Source of the DNA: Felis catus
Lineage: Eukaryota
Assembly: GCF_018350175.1 (NCBI RefSeq)
Contig: NC_058383.1
Coordinates: 9,922,001-9,986,000, forward strand
Direction: 5' to 3'
Length of the DNA: 64,000 nucleotides
The translations under genes and the position numbers were made by a program. The notes under the pieces were generated by a model. The model saw nothing but the letters and a program-made list of their open reading frames with translations, was not told the origin of the DNA and made no database searches. Below are positions 63,781-64,000 of this stretch, piece by piece. Each line of letters opens with the position of its first letter. The stretch's first letter is position 1.

Positions 63781-64000
63781 GCTGTGGCCCGAGAGGAAAA
63801 GGCAAGAGCCGTTCCCTTTGAATTCCTCAGAGGGAAAGATTGGTGGGGCTGTCGTAGTCTAAATGATGGCACTCCGCGATTTGGTGTCCCAGTACCGTGT
63901 CATAACCCTCCCAAGACTCCCGGGAGGGCCTCAGGTCAGGCACTGACAGTGAGGGTAGCCGACATTCTGTATCCCGTGCCATTAACTCATTCAATCCCCC

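Overview
Mammalian genomic DNA from a felid, inferred from dense carnivore tRNA-derived SINEs including near-identical feline SINEC_Fc-type copies. It is orthologous to the TRIM50-FKBP6 segment of the human Williams-Beuren region. The window holds the first coding exon of TRIM50 (minus strand, RING plus B-box; the rest of the gene lies left of the window). It also holds the complete FKBP6 gene on the plus strand: 8 coding exons totalling 984 nt (327 aa plus stop) and a probable non-coding last exon ending near 35.76 kb. The two genes are head-to-head on a shared CpG island carrying E-box, E2F6-type, A-MYB-type and TATA motifs. The remaining ~28 kb has no recognisable protein-coding exons. It contains three orphan CpG-rich islands and much L1, L2, MIR, MLT1, MER and SINE sequence. 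By human synteny FZD9 would lie beyond the right edge. I found no convincing new multi-gene system. The best leads are local: the promoter motif cluster, an in-frame stop-free intron 1, a candidate 18-nt poison microexon, a 143-bp templated insertion, a short retro-inserted mRNA 3' end, and orphan islands with Z-DNA/G4 and splice-donor features. Exon boundaries were read base by base; repeat family names were recognised by eye and their boundaries are approximate.
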